From Geosiphon pyriformis uo1 (Eukaryota; Fungi; Glomeromycota): a stretch of 64,000 nt of DNA. The stretch covers positions 284,582-348,581 of the forward strand of contig JAAOMT010000571.1 in NCBI GenBank assembly GCA_016748015.1, read 5' to 3'. Below, one piece after another: positions 28,846 to 41,311 of this stretch (positions are counted from its first letter, which is position 1; each line of letters opens with the position of its first letter). The position numbers were made by a program, and so were the translations under genes. The notes under the pieces were generated by a model. It searched no databases. It saw only the letters and a list, made by a program, of their open reading frames with translations, and had not been told where the DNA came from.

Positions 28846-31800
28846 ACAATGTAGAAAAAACTATCACAGCCAACAGATGGGATGATGCCAGAACCATGCA
28901 AGCCATTTTTTATTTTCTTCAGAATACTGCCAATTCATAGTATCAAAGCTTAGCCAACAAACCTTAGGATTTCAATGTATTTAAGCTTACATTCCTATAA
29001 TACTTCAGCAATAATAATAGTATTAATCATTTAGCAAATACTTTCACCACCATCAAACAGAAGATATTGAAGCAATCACCACTTACTTGGGATGTTTTCA
29101 TCAAAATCTGTGCCAAATACAAGTTATTAATGCTGATTATTTCACTATAGCCCAGATCCTAAATTAGTTTATTTGCAGATTATGCAGTAATATTCTGCAA
29201 TGTGTACAGCCACTATATCCAGCCAACTTACAAGACACAGTTACACATGCCAGAGATTTTGAATCAGCTGAATTAGAAGTTAATCATGCCCAAGCTGTAA
29301 ATCTAGTAATGAATAAATTATCTAACTTGAATTCCAAACTAAAGCAATTTAGTAATTCGATCAATCAGAAAATTGAGAGATACTTAGCTGACAATCATGC
29401 AATTTATCAACCATCACAATAATGCAATAATTCAGGAAATGCAAATCATTTTCACAATCAGTCACATTTATTATCATCATCCAATTAGCTATGACAGCCA
29501 GAGATGTGTATCTGCCACCACTGTGGTAAACAAGACCATATCTGAGCCAACTATCATTTTTATAGTAACACACAATCGGGAAATCAATACCAAAACTCCA
29601 ATTGCAGTGTTTAAACTCCACATTATTACTCAAATTAAAACCAATATTAATCCACTTACCTATCAATGATACAACAGTTAATATATTAACCACCCATATA
29701 TCAACCTCCAGTTTATCAACTGCAGCCACCAGTAATATATCAACCACTGCAGCTACAGATAATTTATTAAACACCTGCAGTTTAAACACCACCATCAAAC
29801 TCAGCTTAGATGATATTAGAAAATCTTAGATTGAGAGTCACTCAAAATTGGAGATCAGTAATAGTTGTTTACCAACTGATCTTCAGCTCCTTTCACCAAC
29901 CAACAGGATCACATTTTTAGAATTCAAGAACTGGGCACATCCAAAATCTGAATTTCTAACACTATTTAAGTCTTCTGGTTTCCCCAGAAGACACCTAACC
30001 CAACAATTCAGGAACCAACCAACAACCAACACTTACCAGCAACATTCTACCAGCTATTATTACTGAGAACAAATCACTGGATGTCATTTTTCTGTTTGAA
30101 CTTGAGAAACCAGCAGTCACGCCATTATTTAGTGGAGCTACTCTCAAAAAAAAATCTATTACTGCCATGTACATAGATGCCAAAGTTGATGGCTACCCCA
30201 ATCAAAGTTTTAGTAATAGAAGCTACACAGTACCAGACATTAGTTGGTAATAACTGGTTAGTTAAAACCAACACTATGCTTGACTAGAACATGCAGAAGC
30301 TACAGCTTAGCCAGAATGGCTGACATATATAGACATCTGCTACATGTAGTCATTTCAAGACATTGAGTTTAAGGAAGAAAAGAAGAAATCTACCTGAAAA
30401 GCCTATCAAGTATTATGGGCTGAAGGAGACCACAACAAGTTACTACCAATACCCTCCTGGGACAACAACAAAAAAGGAAAACAAAAGAAAAAACTTATCT
30501 GGAATGCTGACCAAATCTGGAGAACCAACAACAATTAGAAAGAGCTAATAAATTAGGAGTGGGAAAAAAATACAAAAGGAAAAGGAAAGGAGAAAGAAAA
30601 AGAACCAATATTAACTACCACCACTACTTACAACCCATACACATATAATCTATCATAACTATCTAACTATCATCACCCAAAACTGATATGCATCAATTAT
30701 GACAAGAAAGTATTATCAATAGGCACATATTGCAGCAATAACAAGAAATACCAGATGGCAACTAAGTTCTATTGCCACTCATGCCTCATTGACCACTTTG
30801 GAAAACGAGTTGGAAAATAGGATAATAAGCCATGCTTGGCTTGTGGAGAAATTCTTCTTAACAAAGGAATGTGGAATAATATTTCTAGAAAAGAAGGAAT
30901 GTGCGATGAATTGTGTCAATACACAATTTTGATAAGCAACTGGGTAAGAAAAGAGACACTTATAAACACTGCCTGGAGACAAACAGTTAAATGTCTGGAT
31001 GGCTGTCTATATAATGATGATGAAATATGGCAAATAGCACTTACCAAAATCAAAGAAGCATTACCAAAAGAAATAAGAACAATTAAAAATAACTCACCTA
31101 AACTCATAAAACTTGACTGGGACCCAAAACCAGTCATAAATTTCCTAGATCTAGAACAGTTCCATGAACACTACTAAGAATTAATGCCCACAAAAGAAAA
31201 GCAAGAGCAACACTTAGAGCAGCTGAACACCTAACTGTATTAATACTGCCTAATTTCATGTAACTTTCAATATTGTAATGAGTATAACCTCATTTACAAT
31301 CCACTATCACACATGATCTACACAATTCCAAAGGAAAAAAAACTAATCAATTGCTGTGTATTGGAATCGGAATCAAGTTTTAATCCCAATTCAAACCCCA
31401 ACAATAATGATGATGAAAACAATGGTTTCAGCTTTGCTCAATATGACAAGAAAAATAATAGTAATGCAGACTCCAATTCAAACTCTAAAACATACATCAT
31501 GCTTCTTGATCTTTCCCAAGGAACAGAAACTTAGATGGTATAGTGACAACAATGAAGGCATCATGTCAAAACATGCACATAATACAGATGCAGAGTTTGA
31601 TCTAAAATATTTGGGAAAAAATCCCATTAAATTGGAACCTCATTTGTGTACCTGCATTGATCTCAAAATAGCACTGGAAATTCCAGCAACAATAATAGTT
31701 TAGTTAGCATCTAGAAGTAGCTTAGCCAAAAAGAAAATCAACATCAGAGGAGAAATAATTAACACAGGATATATAAAAAATATCATTGCTATGTTACAAA

Positions 31801-33788
31801 ATGACTCAGAAAAAGCATATATTATAGATCTAAACAAAAAGATAGCACAGACAATATTCCTGTCTCTGGTTAAAATAGCTCAATTAGTATTAATAGGAAA
31901 CAAAGAAGAATTAAAGATTACAGCTAGAGGGATACAAAGATTCGGATCAATGGGTAGAATAGATGTATTAGTTAATATGGCAGAAGAAAAAATTATTGAC
32001 AAAGGAAAAATTATCTCCACCCGTCAACCAATTTTCATTCCACTATATGACCAGTATATGATAACTATAGAGAGAAAAGTAAAGGATCAAGTTCAGATTT
32101 TTGAGACAGAAGCAGCACTTTGTAAATTAGGAGAGATTAAATTAGTCAATTTACACATACCAGCCAAGAACTACAGTCACATAAAAATTCCCATCTACAA
32201 TAATACAGGAGATGTTATTAGGATACCAAAAAGAACAACCATTGAATACTTAATCACTGAAATTGAAAACCAACTGCCAGACATTATTCCAGACTTTCCA
32301 TAACTTTGCAGATATGTGAATATTACATCACAAACAATATATGAATAAAATAAATGTTATTTGCTCCAACCAAAACAATTGAAACAAATAAACATGGAAA
32401 ACTTAGATTCACTACAATGTATACAGCTCAAAATGTTACTCAACAATTTCAATGACATTTTTGTCAGCAAAAACAAATTTGGCAGAACTGATATTATCTA
32501 ACATCAAATTAAGACTGGAGATGTAATGCCAATTAAACAGAGAGCATACAGAGTACCACCAGCTAGCCATGAGATTATTTATCAAGAAATTAATTAGATG
32601 CTCAACAATAGGCTAATACAGTCATCAATGTGTCCATGATCATCACCAGTGGTACTAGTCCATAAGAAGAATGAAAAAATCTGCTTTTGTGTGGATTACC
32701 AGAAACTGAATGGAGTAACAAAAAGAGACAACTACCCAACTCCAAATATCCAAGAACTTTTCAATGCTTTTAGAGGAAAGAAATAGTTTTCAATGTTGGA
32801 CTTAGACAGTGATTACTGGCAAGTAGCCATGAAACCAGAAGACAAAAAGAAAATGGCTTTTACAATTCGGGAAGGAAATTTTAAATTTGAAGTAATGCTA
32901 TTTGGCTTGATGAATGCTCCAGCAACATTTCAACAGCTCATGGAAATTGTCTATACTGGATAATTGTAAAAATCAGTAGTTGTTTATTTAGATAACACCA
33001 ATGTGTTCTCTAAAACATTTGAGGACTATCTACATTATCTCCAACAAGTGTTTGAAAGATTAAGAAGAGCAAGATTGAAATTAAATGCGACCAAGTATTT
33101 TTTCAGCAAAACAGAGTTGAAATTTTTGGAACATATTATAAGCAAAGACAGCATTAAAATGGATCCAGATAAAATTGCAATAGTAAAAAACTTTCTAGTA
33201 CCAACCAACTTGACAAAACTGAGAGCATTTTTGGGATTTGCAGGCTATTATCACTGCTTTATTAAGAACTTTTTTAAACTGATTCAGCCATTTCACCAGC
33301 TGCAAACCAAAAATGTAAAATACAAATGGACAGAAGCTCAGCAAGAAGCTTTTGACACATTAAAAAGAAAGCTTATCCAAGCTTTAGTGTTGATGTATCC
33401 AGATCACAGCAAACCATTTATCATCACCACTGATGCATTAGGCCAAGCATTGGGAGCAGTACTATCGCAAAAAAAATCAGATGGAAGAAAACATCCAGTA
33501 GCTTATGCCAGTAGAAGCCTAAATCCAGCTGAAAAAAACTATAAAACTCTAGCACTGGAATACTTAACTATCTATTGGGCTGTCATTAAATGGAAAAAAT
33601 ACTTGAGTCAAAAATTTAATGTGTACACTGATCACAAAGAATTGACTTCAATACAGAAACAAAAATTTGCAGATAATTGTCATGCAAAATAGAAAATAGA
33701 ACTTTCATCATTTAATTATACAATATATTACAAAAAAGAAAAAGAAAATGGAAATGCTAACAGATTGTCACAAATGAGACAAATCTAA
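28846..33788 (+). pseudogene. gag-pol: Element A gag(3')-PR(deleted)-Cys-rich-dUTPase-RT-RNase H
   Basis: ORFs 30836-31177, 31791-32303 (IAQ...RGIQRFGSMG) and 33003-33692 (RT/RH: LRAFLGFAGYY, TTDAL, VAYASR); ends RLSQMRQI-TAA. Confidence 0.9.
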
Positions 33789-33818
33789 AAACATTTCAAC
33801 CCAAAAATATAACAAAAC

Positions 33819-34680
33819 ATGAACATACAAAAATACCAACAACTCCAACATTATATAAATACCTGGTTGTTCAAGGAGAAATTATCTCAAAAAGAACAAA
33901 ACAACATAAAACAACAATCAAAACATTTTATCAGTCATCAAAATATACTTTACCAGAAAAACAGAAAGAATTCAGAGCAACCAACCAGAGTAATTACAGA
34001 ACCAGAGAAAGAGACAATATTATTCAACATGTACTCAGATCCAATAACAGAACATTTCCATAAAAAAGCAACAATAAAAAAAACCAGAAAAAGATACTAT
34101 TGGCCATCAATGTATCCAGACATTATTCAATATGTTCAAAATTGTGATGCTTGTTAGAGAAGAGAAGAAACAAAACCCAGTGAACCATTGAGACCAATCA
34201 AAGTGAGACAACTATTTGATCACATTGGAATTGACTTAGTCAGACCATTAACAATCATCAACAAAGGCAACAGATATATTGCAGTAGCTATGGATTATCT
34301 CACAAAATGGCCAGAAGCAAAAGCCATTCAAAGAGCAGATACATAATCTGTTGCCGAATTCATTCATTAAGACTTGATCTGTTAACACAAATGTCCAAAA
34401 GAATTTTTATTGGATCAAGGAACTTACTTTGTGAATAGAACATTGGCAGAATTAAGTCAAAAATTTGGAATAAAAAGACCATTATTATCACTATACCATC
34501 CACAAACAAATGGGTTAGTTGAAAGATTCAACAGAACACTGTGTGAAGCAATAGCCAAAATCAGCCAAGAAAACTAGGACAAATAGGACTTGATTATATT
34601 ATCAGTATTATTTGCTTATTAGACAATAAAACAAGACACTACACAAGCAACATCATTTGAATTAGTATATGGTAAAACAG
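33819..34680 (+). pseudogene. int: Element A integrase, 5' part (continues 53512->52994 on -)
   Basis: ATG 33819 MNIQKY...; HHCC region, IGIDLV, DQG, HPQTNGLVERFNRTL, ELVYGKT|. Confidence 0.9.
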
Positions 34681-35598
34681 TGTTACCAAACGAAACTAGA
34701 GATATTATTTAGCATGAAATTATCTTTATAATTCCTATTATTAATTAGCATATATTATTGTTTCAAATTATCACTTATTATATTAGCAAATGTCCAAAAT
34801 TATCATTTAATTAATAATCCAATTTGTACATAACACAAATGTAACCTAAGTGCAATGATCAATCAGGCAATATCCCGAAATATGTAATATTCAAAAGTTC
34901 ACTAAAATTTGTAGAAATTTGCTGAAATGTATTTTTAGTTCAGCAAAATTGTAGAAAAGAGCAAAGTTCAAGTTCATGGAATAGTGTTACAACAAGTTGT
35001 ATAAAAGAAGAGCTTTTCTCTTCGAGAAAATATATTTTACTTTAGATTTATTACTTAGAACCATTCCTACACACACAAAAAGAAATAAATATCAAATAAT
35101 TTGAAAAACCAAATTCTTTAATTATTGCACTTGGAAAATCCTTAAAACCCAACTAACGTTTTGAAATTGATTAGCTACCAATTTCAGTAAACTGTTAGTG
35201 ACTCCAGGCCTGGATAAAAAACGTTTCCCTTGATAAAATCCTATTTTTTTTACATTTTTTTTATTTTTCTTTTCTTTTCTTATTACAATCATTAGGGTAG
35301 CCTATAAACAAGATTCCTGTAGAAGAGTTGACTTTTACAGCAAAGTAACTACACATTTTTAGTAAGCTTCCAGACAAGTAATTTCTGGGAAAGAGTTGAT
35401 GTTTACTACAACATAACTATACAAAGCAACTGGCACAGAATTGGCTATTTCACTTATAAGCCCAGCAGTTCAAATTATAGGAAATAATTTGAAGATAAAT
35501 TCAGTTATTGGAGGTTCAAACACTTCCTATAGTCGTGAATTAACAGCATTACAACAAACATACAAGAGCTAAGAAGAGACCAAAAACCTCCAGTAACA
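34681..35598 (+). repeat. C1 5' LTR, subtype X (918 bp)
   Basis: TGTTAC...GTAACA; length and U5 end match 53513-54431. Confidence 0.95.
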
Positions 35599-35643
35599 TT
35601 TGGTGCTCTCTTATGGAAACAACACAGCAAAAACAACTTCAAA

Positions 35644-38600
35644 GTGGCAACCACACCAGATGCAACAACTCTAGAATATTACCAGTCAATTTACACTTAC
35701 TGCAAGCAAAAATTCAACATTCCAGATGGAATTGAAGTTGTCAAGAAATCAGTATACCAATATATTGAAAACCGCATCAACAATTATCTTTTTGGAAATT
35801 ACAATATCTCAGAAGTTAGAAGCAACCTTTACAATAATTTAGTACACTATTCACAGTTGGTAACTGAAGACCTTAACAGTGAAACACTTGCCACTTATTT
35901 TCAAGAACTTAATTTTAACATTATCAAGTACTGTAAAGAAACATATCCAGTGCAGTTTCAATACTCTATTGATTTTGAATTAAAGACAGAAACAAGCAAC
36001 AAAGGCAAACAAAAATTGAAGCAATACTCAAAAACCATTCCAAATACTTCAATACTACCAAAAACAACTGCCAAACACTTACAAACACCTGAACAAAGAA
36101 CCAGTTCAAAACTTCCACTTACCATCACATCTTTTCCAGTTTCACTTGCACAAACACAAACACCTAATTTACTCTTAAATCAATTTGCAAGACTAGAAGA
36201 TTTTACATCACCCAGAAGTCCCACCAGACAACAAGAACCCCTTCAAACTAGTTCCAATCTTCTTGACTTTCTAGCTGAAAATCAAAGTGAATACTCTGAG
36301 ACAGCAGTAAACAAAGAAAATGACTCTGAAATATCTGAAGAAGAATCAATGGACAGTAAAAACAAAGAAAATGAAATGATAGCATACATCACAAAAATCC
36401 CTAAATTTAATAGAGAAGACATTGAAACCAGTCCCCAAGAATGGCTTGACCAAGTTACTAAAGCTGAAGATGCAAATGGATGGAATGCTGCCAGAATGTT
36501 AAGAACAATTCCCTACTTTCTTAAAGGAACAGCAGGCAAATGGTTCGAAAACTTGACCACTCCTTTTAATAATTGGACCACTTTCAAAACTGCTTTCTTA
36601 GAACAATTTACTAATAACAACACTTCAATCACACTTCAAAATCGTTTTCACAATATCAAACAAGAACCCTCTGAATCTGTTATAACTTATATTGGGAGAT
36701 TCAACAAACTTCTCAGACAAATTTGCCAACTTGAAACTAATGATTATTATTCCAATGCTCAAATCTTGGATTAATTTATCGCTGGTTTAAAGGATAAACT
36801 GATTAAAAAAGTTTGCCCACATGCCCCAGAAGATTTAAATTCTGTCATTCAGCATGCAAAGAGATATGAAATGGCCATGGAAGAAGCCAATTATACAAAA
36901 CTCATGAACTTAGTCATTGGAGAGACCAGCTCAGCAGCTGAAGAGAAAATTGACCAACTCACAAAGAAAGTTGAAAACTATTTCACCAACCAACAACAAC
37001 AGCAACCCCAAAGATATTAACCACCCCAAAAATAGAATCAAAACAACTTCATATCATCCTCTAATAACCAGTCTCAGAATTGCCATTACTGTGAAATCTC
37101 TGGCCACTGGAAAAGAGATTGCAGAAAGCTACAACAAGACCAACAAAACAGGAGTAATCAACGTTACCCTCCGCCACAACAATCTTATTACCAACCACCA
37201 CTATTACCAGCTTACTATCCACCAAGATCACAATATCAAACCGACAACTATCAATCTGCTCCACAGCCAATGCAACAACAGCATTAACAATCCATTTAAC
37301 ATTATCAAGTACCTGCTCGAAGATTGGTTTAACAAAACCAATTTGCACCACAAAACTGATTCACAACAAACAACAACAGAATCAACCCAAATAACCAATT
37401 AGTTCCCCAAAATCCAGCTCAGCTAAAACCCACCCATTATTATACTCAATCTAGCTATCTTACAATACCTGAAGAACAGGATTTTCACCATACTGCACTT
37501 TCGGAAGGTAGAGCTGCAGCACAACAACAAAACCCTTCCTATACTCCTACTACAATTCCACCAGCCAGAATTGCCAAAAATGCCAACCTTTCAGATATAT
37601 TCCCTTTTGAGTTCGAAACAAATGAGTTACCATTCCTGCTTAGCAATGCAGCCGTTAACAAACAGAAAGCAATCACTGCTATGTACACTGAAGCAGAAGT
37701 TGAAGGAAAGGCAATTTGCTTGATTCTAGATAGTGGATCCGCCGGAAGCATCATCATCTACCAGTTAATGTAACAGTTAAAGAGAAATGTCAACTGACCA
37801 GCTCAGACAGTAATTGTTACTGCTGATGGCATGAAAAAGACTCCAGTAGGAGAAATTGACAATTTTCCGTTCACTTTTGATGGAATCACCATTTCAGTCA
37901 AAGTTCTTGTAATGGACGCTCCTCAGTATCAAGCCCTTGTCAAAAATGACTGGCTTCAAAAAGCCAATGCAAAATTAGACTGGAAAACCCAAGAACTACA
38001 AATCTCTTATCAAGGACAACATGCTTGAGTACCTGCCACTTGTGGTACATTCAACAAACGCTCCAAAAAAGCCTCGGCTTTTGAATTTGAATCAGAAAAA
38101 GAAAAACCAATAATTGAAACATTCATGGCTCTTAGATCAATGTCCAATTGGGCCAATGAAACTGAACAAGAACATTTTACTTTACACTCTGAACCTAAAA
38201 CCCCTGGATGAAATATCCCTTACTTAAAGTCTGAACCAAGGAAATAATGCCCCTACATTTCTCTTAAATGCAAAGATTGCCACAAAAAACTTTCATCAAT
38301 GGGAGCCTGCATTTCATCTGAAGAAAAATATGAAAATCATACTTGTTATTATTGCAAGACTTGCCACAGAAAACGATGGGGCCACCTAATAAAAAGAAGT
38401 GGAAAATGAGACAACACTCTTTGTTTGACTTGTGGAAATATGCTACCAGAAGAATGCAATTGGATTGATGTAGCAATGAGAGGAGGAGTCTGTGATCAAA
38501 TCTGCCAATATGCTTTATTAATTTCAGAAAAAGTCAAAAGAAGAACATTTTTTGATGCTGCTTACAATAGTGTGCTCAACAAATTATACTATTACCCTTA

Positions 38601-41262
38601 CAATGCTGAAATGATTTTTGATTTAGCAATGGCTTTAATCAACGGAGCCACTCAAGAAAATATTCGTCAAATGAAAGAATCAGAATACATTGCATATACC
38701 TTTGAAATCGCTGGATACAACTACAAAGATAAAATAGAAAAATATTACCAAATTGTTAGTCACATCTACCTGACCAAAGAAGCTTAAGCTCAATGGTTAG
38801 AGCAAATGAACATTAAATTATGTGAGGAATGCATAATGCCTTGTGATGAACAATAGTGTCCTGAATGCTATGCTCTTAGCATTCCCTTGCTCAATGAAAG
38901 TGATGAATATGAAATTGAATTTGGAGAACTTGAAGCAACAGAAAAAATAAAAGCCACACCCATCTATCTTATCAAAAATCAGTCTGCTTCACAACTCAAA
39001 TACTTCGACAACAATGGACAAGGAATAAAGCCTGAAAAAGCCCACAAAATTGATGCTGGATACAATCTAAGATATCTAGACAAAAATACTCTCATTCTTA
39101 AACCCAAATCTCTCACAAAAATTAACCTCAAAATTGCTCTCAAAATTCTACTAGAAGCAATGGTTCAAATCGCCTCCCGGTTCTTTCTAGCAAACAAAGG
39201 AATCAATGTCAAAGGAGGAATAATCAATGCTGGATATACTGGTGACATAACAGTAATACTCCAAAACGAAACTAACAAGCCATTTAAGATTGAACATGCC
39301 AAGAAAATTACCCAAGCCATTTATTTACCCTTAATCAACATTTCGGGTTTACAATTAGTTAATCAAAAAGAACTATTGGGAAAAAGTGAAAAAAGAACCC
39401 AAGGTTTTGGTTCAACTGGATGATTCACAGTTCCAGTAAACATAGCCCTCAATGAACAGAAAGAATCTCACCAGATTTTATGACTTCCACAACCAATTAC
39501 CATTTCACCCTTTGGAGAACACCCTGAAATTTATATTTGTGAAAAGCCAACAACCACACAACAAATTTTTGAGTCCAACAAACAAATCTGCTTGGAACAT
39601 AATGTCTCAATCCCAAATATTTACATTCCAGAAAGAACAAAGAAAGTCCAAGTTACTTTTTACAATCCCAACAGTTACCCCATAGTTTTATTAAATAACA
39701 TAGAAATTGGAGTTATTCATAGTAACATTTTTCAACAAGAATTACTCCAGACAGTTCCCAATTTCTTGGAAATTATTAAACATTCACTACCAAAAATCAA
39801 CCCAAATCCCAGTTCTGAAAACTACCATGTTGTCATAGAAAAACTATTTCAAATCAACATGGAACAACTTGAACCACAACAACAGGACCAGTTCAAAGAG
39901 CTAATTGCAGAATTTGCCAATATCTTTGCCGAAAACAACAATGACTTAGGAAGAACTGATTTGGTTCAACACCAAATCTATACAGAAGATGCCAAACCAA
40001 AATGACAACAAGCCTACCAAGTTGCTTTAGAAAGTCACCAATTTATCCAAGAAAAAGTACAATGGATGCTTAACAATAGGCTTATTCAACCATCAATGAG
40101 TCCATGGGCCTTACTTGTGGTCCTAGTTAAAAAGAAAAATAGAAAGATATGATTTTATGTTGATTATTGACAACTTAACAGTATCACCATTGAAGATGCC
40201 TACTTTCTTTCCTGAATCAATGACATGTTAGATGCCCTTGGAAAATTTAAATATTTTTCAACACTAGATCTAGAAAGCAAATACTGGCAAGTTGCCATGG
40301 ATCCCAAAGATTGCTTCAAAACAGCATTCACCACTCAAAGAGGAAATTACGAGTTCAACATTATGTCTTTTGGATTATGCAATGCACCAGCAACATTCCA
40401 AAGACTCATGGATGTTGTTTACAAAGGCCTCCTTTGGAAATCAGTAGTTGTTTTTCTCGATGATACTAATGTTTATTTACCATCTTTTGAATTACACTTA
40501 AAACACCTGTAAAAAGTTTTTCAACGATTACAAAAAGCAGAATTAAAACTGAACATTGAAAAATGCTACTTCGGAAAAATGAGTTTGGCCTTTCTTGGTT
40601 ACATTGTCAGCAAAGATGGAATTAAACCTGATCCAGAAAAAATAAGCACTGTCAAAAATTTCAAAACTCCTCAAAATACCACAAAATTAAGAGGATTCAT
40701 CAGATTAGCATCCTACTATCGAAAGTTTATCAAAGGATTTTCAGAAATTGCAAAACCTCTCAACCAACTCACCACCAAAAATGTCAAATACAAATGAACT
40801 ACTAAACACCAAAAAGCTTTTGAAATTCTCAAAGAAAAGCTAACAACAGCTCCAATTCTTGCTTATCCAGACTTCAGCAACCAATTTCAACTAGTTACAG
40901 ATGCTTCATATACTGCCTTTGGTGCCATCTTATCACAATTAGATGACAACAGAAATGAATGAATAATTGCTTATGCTAGCAGAACATTAAAACCAGCCAA
41001 AAAAAACTACACTGCCACAGAACTAGAAACAGCAGCCATAATTTGGGCCCTACACCACTTCAATTTTTATCTTAGGCCTAAAGAATTCAATATTATCACT
41101 GATAATATTGGATTCAAATGGCTTCAAAACAAAAACATTCAACTGAATGCAAAACAAACCTGATGGACAGGATTTTTAGCCAACTACCAATACATTGTAC
41201 ACCACAAACCAGGAAAACTCCATACCAACATTGATTGTCTCTCAAGAATGAGGCAAGATTAG
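35644..41262 (+). pseudogene. gag-pol: C1 single-frame gag-PR-Cys-rich-dUTPase-RT-RNase H polyprotein (~1870 codons)
   Basis: Fragments at 35644, 37831, 38425, 38887, 39592, 40225 and 40579 all share one frame. CHYC....HWKRDC at 37081; LILDSGSAGS ~37720; VVFLDD ~40450; VTDAS. Confidence 0.93.
39020..39420 (+). pseudogene. dut: dUTPase domain within C1 pol
   Basis: Motifs I-V: DAGY(D>N)L, ASR(SS>FF)L, GGII(D>N)AGYTG, KI(A>T)QAI, (RG)TQGFGSTG. Confidence 0.92.
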
Positions 41263-41311
41263 AAAACAGAACCAACACCCATTTGAATTAACAGCAACAA
41301 AACAACAAACA

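Larger units (their letters stand above)
16961..34680 (+). mobile_element. Ty3/gypsy element A, 5' part (interrupted by B at 18922-28845 and by C at 34681)
   Basis: LTR, PBS, gag continuing across B (WLN|NVEKTITAN), CCHC ~29513, deleted PR ~30190, Cys-rich region, dUTPase ~31555-31975, RT (VYLDN), RNase H, and integrase up to ELVYGKT. Confidence 0.93.

Noticed and set aside
35221-35643. Apparent signal-peptide/glycoprotein ORF inside LTR-C in frame with gag (IKSYFFYIFFIFLFFS...NYT...NIT...QKPPVTFGA)
   Set aside because: Several in-frame stops are shared by all four LTR copies, so they are ancestral, and the hydrophobic stretch is just the T-rich tract.
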